DNA from: Eledone cirrhosa
Lineage: Eukaryota
Assembly: GCA_964016885.1 (NCBI GenBank)
Contig: OZ024745.1
Location: forward strand, 25,544,001 to 25,608,000
DNA: 64,000 nucleotides
Reading direction: 5' to 3'
Under the pieces are notes generated by a model. The model was not told the origin of the DNA, did no database searches, and was given only the letters and a program-made list of their open reading frames with translations. Shown piece by piece: positions 62,580 through 64,000 of this stretch. The position numbers were made by a program, and so were the translations under genes. Position 1 is the first letter of the stretch, and every line of letters starts with the position of its first letter.

Positions 62580-63780
62580 GATACTATTTATGGTCATGTA
62601 TATACTAAAACTTTTTATAGTTATATATATTTTAAACCCTAAACAGTGAAAGTCAGTAATTTATTACTACCTTATTACCAGTAAGATAAATAGCTCAATG
62701 TAATAACATCAGTTGTTCTACAGAGCAGTTATATAGAATTCACAGGAATCAAAGATATGTTCAAAGCATTTATTCGCTTACAATTGTTTCATCCAAACCG
62801 AGGCTTGATGTCTTCGGAACATTTTTCAATGTTTGTACACATACATGACCTCCTTTCCAACGCAAGAGACATACAGATACATATGTATATATTGATGTAC
62901 AGTGGGGTGACATATATTATATTATTTCTGAATAGCAATTTAAATTCAAAATTAAAATCACACTAAAACAGAATCAAAGCAAAATTAAAATTAAAATACA
63001 ACAACAATGCAAAATTAAAATACAATCGGCAGTTAACGTAGATAATGCAAGAGGATAGTTTGTTAGTCAGTTGTAGTAGTTATTGTATGCATTAGTTACA
63101 CGTGGGGTATGCACGTGTGTCTTATTTATATATGATTATTGTTCGGCAGGGTGTTACATGTAATACAAGCACTTTAAGCGGGTAATCAAGAGTATTATGG
63201 AGGTTGTAGTGGTAAGGTATTTTCTGTATATGATAAAGACGCTTGTGTGCAGAAAAATAGTATAAATGAGAAGCAAAATAATGTTATGGTTTTTGTATAC
63301 ACCACCATTTTCACATTCAGGAAACGTAATATATAGTTTATATGTCCTTCACATAATTAACGATGATTCCGTATTGGATGTTTGATGTATTAAGTTAAAT
63401 TATTATAGCTTGTTGCGGCTCAGTGTTCTTTAATCCAATTTTATAGAGCAGGTTGTTTCTGTTGCATTATCTACGTTAACTGCCGATTGTATTTTAATTT
63501 TGCATTGATGTTGTATTTTAATTTTAATTTTGCTTTGATTCTGTTTTAGTGTGATTTTAATTTTGAATTTAAATTGCTATTCAGAAATAATATAATATAT
63601 GTCACCCCACTGTACATCAATATATACATATGTATCTGTATGTCTCTTGCGTTGGAAAGGAGGTCATGTATGTGTACAAACATTGAAAAATGCTCCGAAG
63701 ACATCAAGCCTCGGTTTGGATGAAACAATTGTAAGCGAATAAATGCTTTGAACATAGCTTTGATTCCTGTGAATTCTATA
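62580..63780. mobile_element. Large PLE-like fold-back with variant-core hammerheads (62776-62820 -, 63692-63736 +)
   Basis: Arms about 62732-63050 and 63462-63780 with a spacer of about 410 bp. GCT-CCGAAGA-stem II-GAAA-CAATTGT-A17-AGC. Confidence 0.7.
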
Positions 63781-64000
63781 TATGTATATATATATATAAA
63801 TATACATACATATCGAGTGGTTGGCTGCATAATTCCTGATTGTATTTCGTTAGCTTGGCTACAGCCGAAACTTCGATTTTACGAAACTTCCATTTGTATA
63901 TTTACACACACACACACACTCATATATATATAATTCATATAAATTATTGATTTATTGATATTTTATCTGAGTGACCCGAATCTTCCTAGTCGTTCTTTTT

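Noticed and set aside
62757-63830. Duplicated 69/94-aa ORF pair
   Set aside because: The identity simply reflects the inverted arms, and there is no recognisable protein.

Overview
This is eukaryotic, AT-rich, non-genic DNA packed with repeats. I could not support any host exon or intact gene; almost all ORF-track entries are microsatellite translations. The tRNA-derived Nin/Deu-domain SINE family and the extreme (TA)n/(CA)n/(CATA)n load suggest a mollusc, probably an octopus (inference). Ordinary content: about 30 SINE copies, RTE and R4/Dong-like non-LTR fragments, mariner MITEs, a decayed hAT transposase, two non-autonomous Helitrons and a 60-copy 40-bp tandem array. The most interesting signal is a dense set of short Penelope-like element (PLE) insertions in (TA)n tracts. 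They belong to about 12 unrelated sequence families and carry roughly 20 minimal type I hammerhead ribozyme motifs, found and paired by eye. One family is physically linked to a GIY-YIG endonuclease ORF remnant (59121-59609). The insertions share a head-to-head architecture: one arm ends at a fixed internal TA site, the other carries the 3' tail. Their inversion junctions repeatedly fall in hammerhead stems or palindromes. This suggests two cDNAs primed from opposite strands of a cut (TA)n target. Coordinates were counted by hand and may be off by a few bases.
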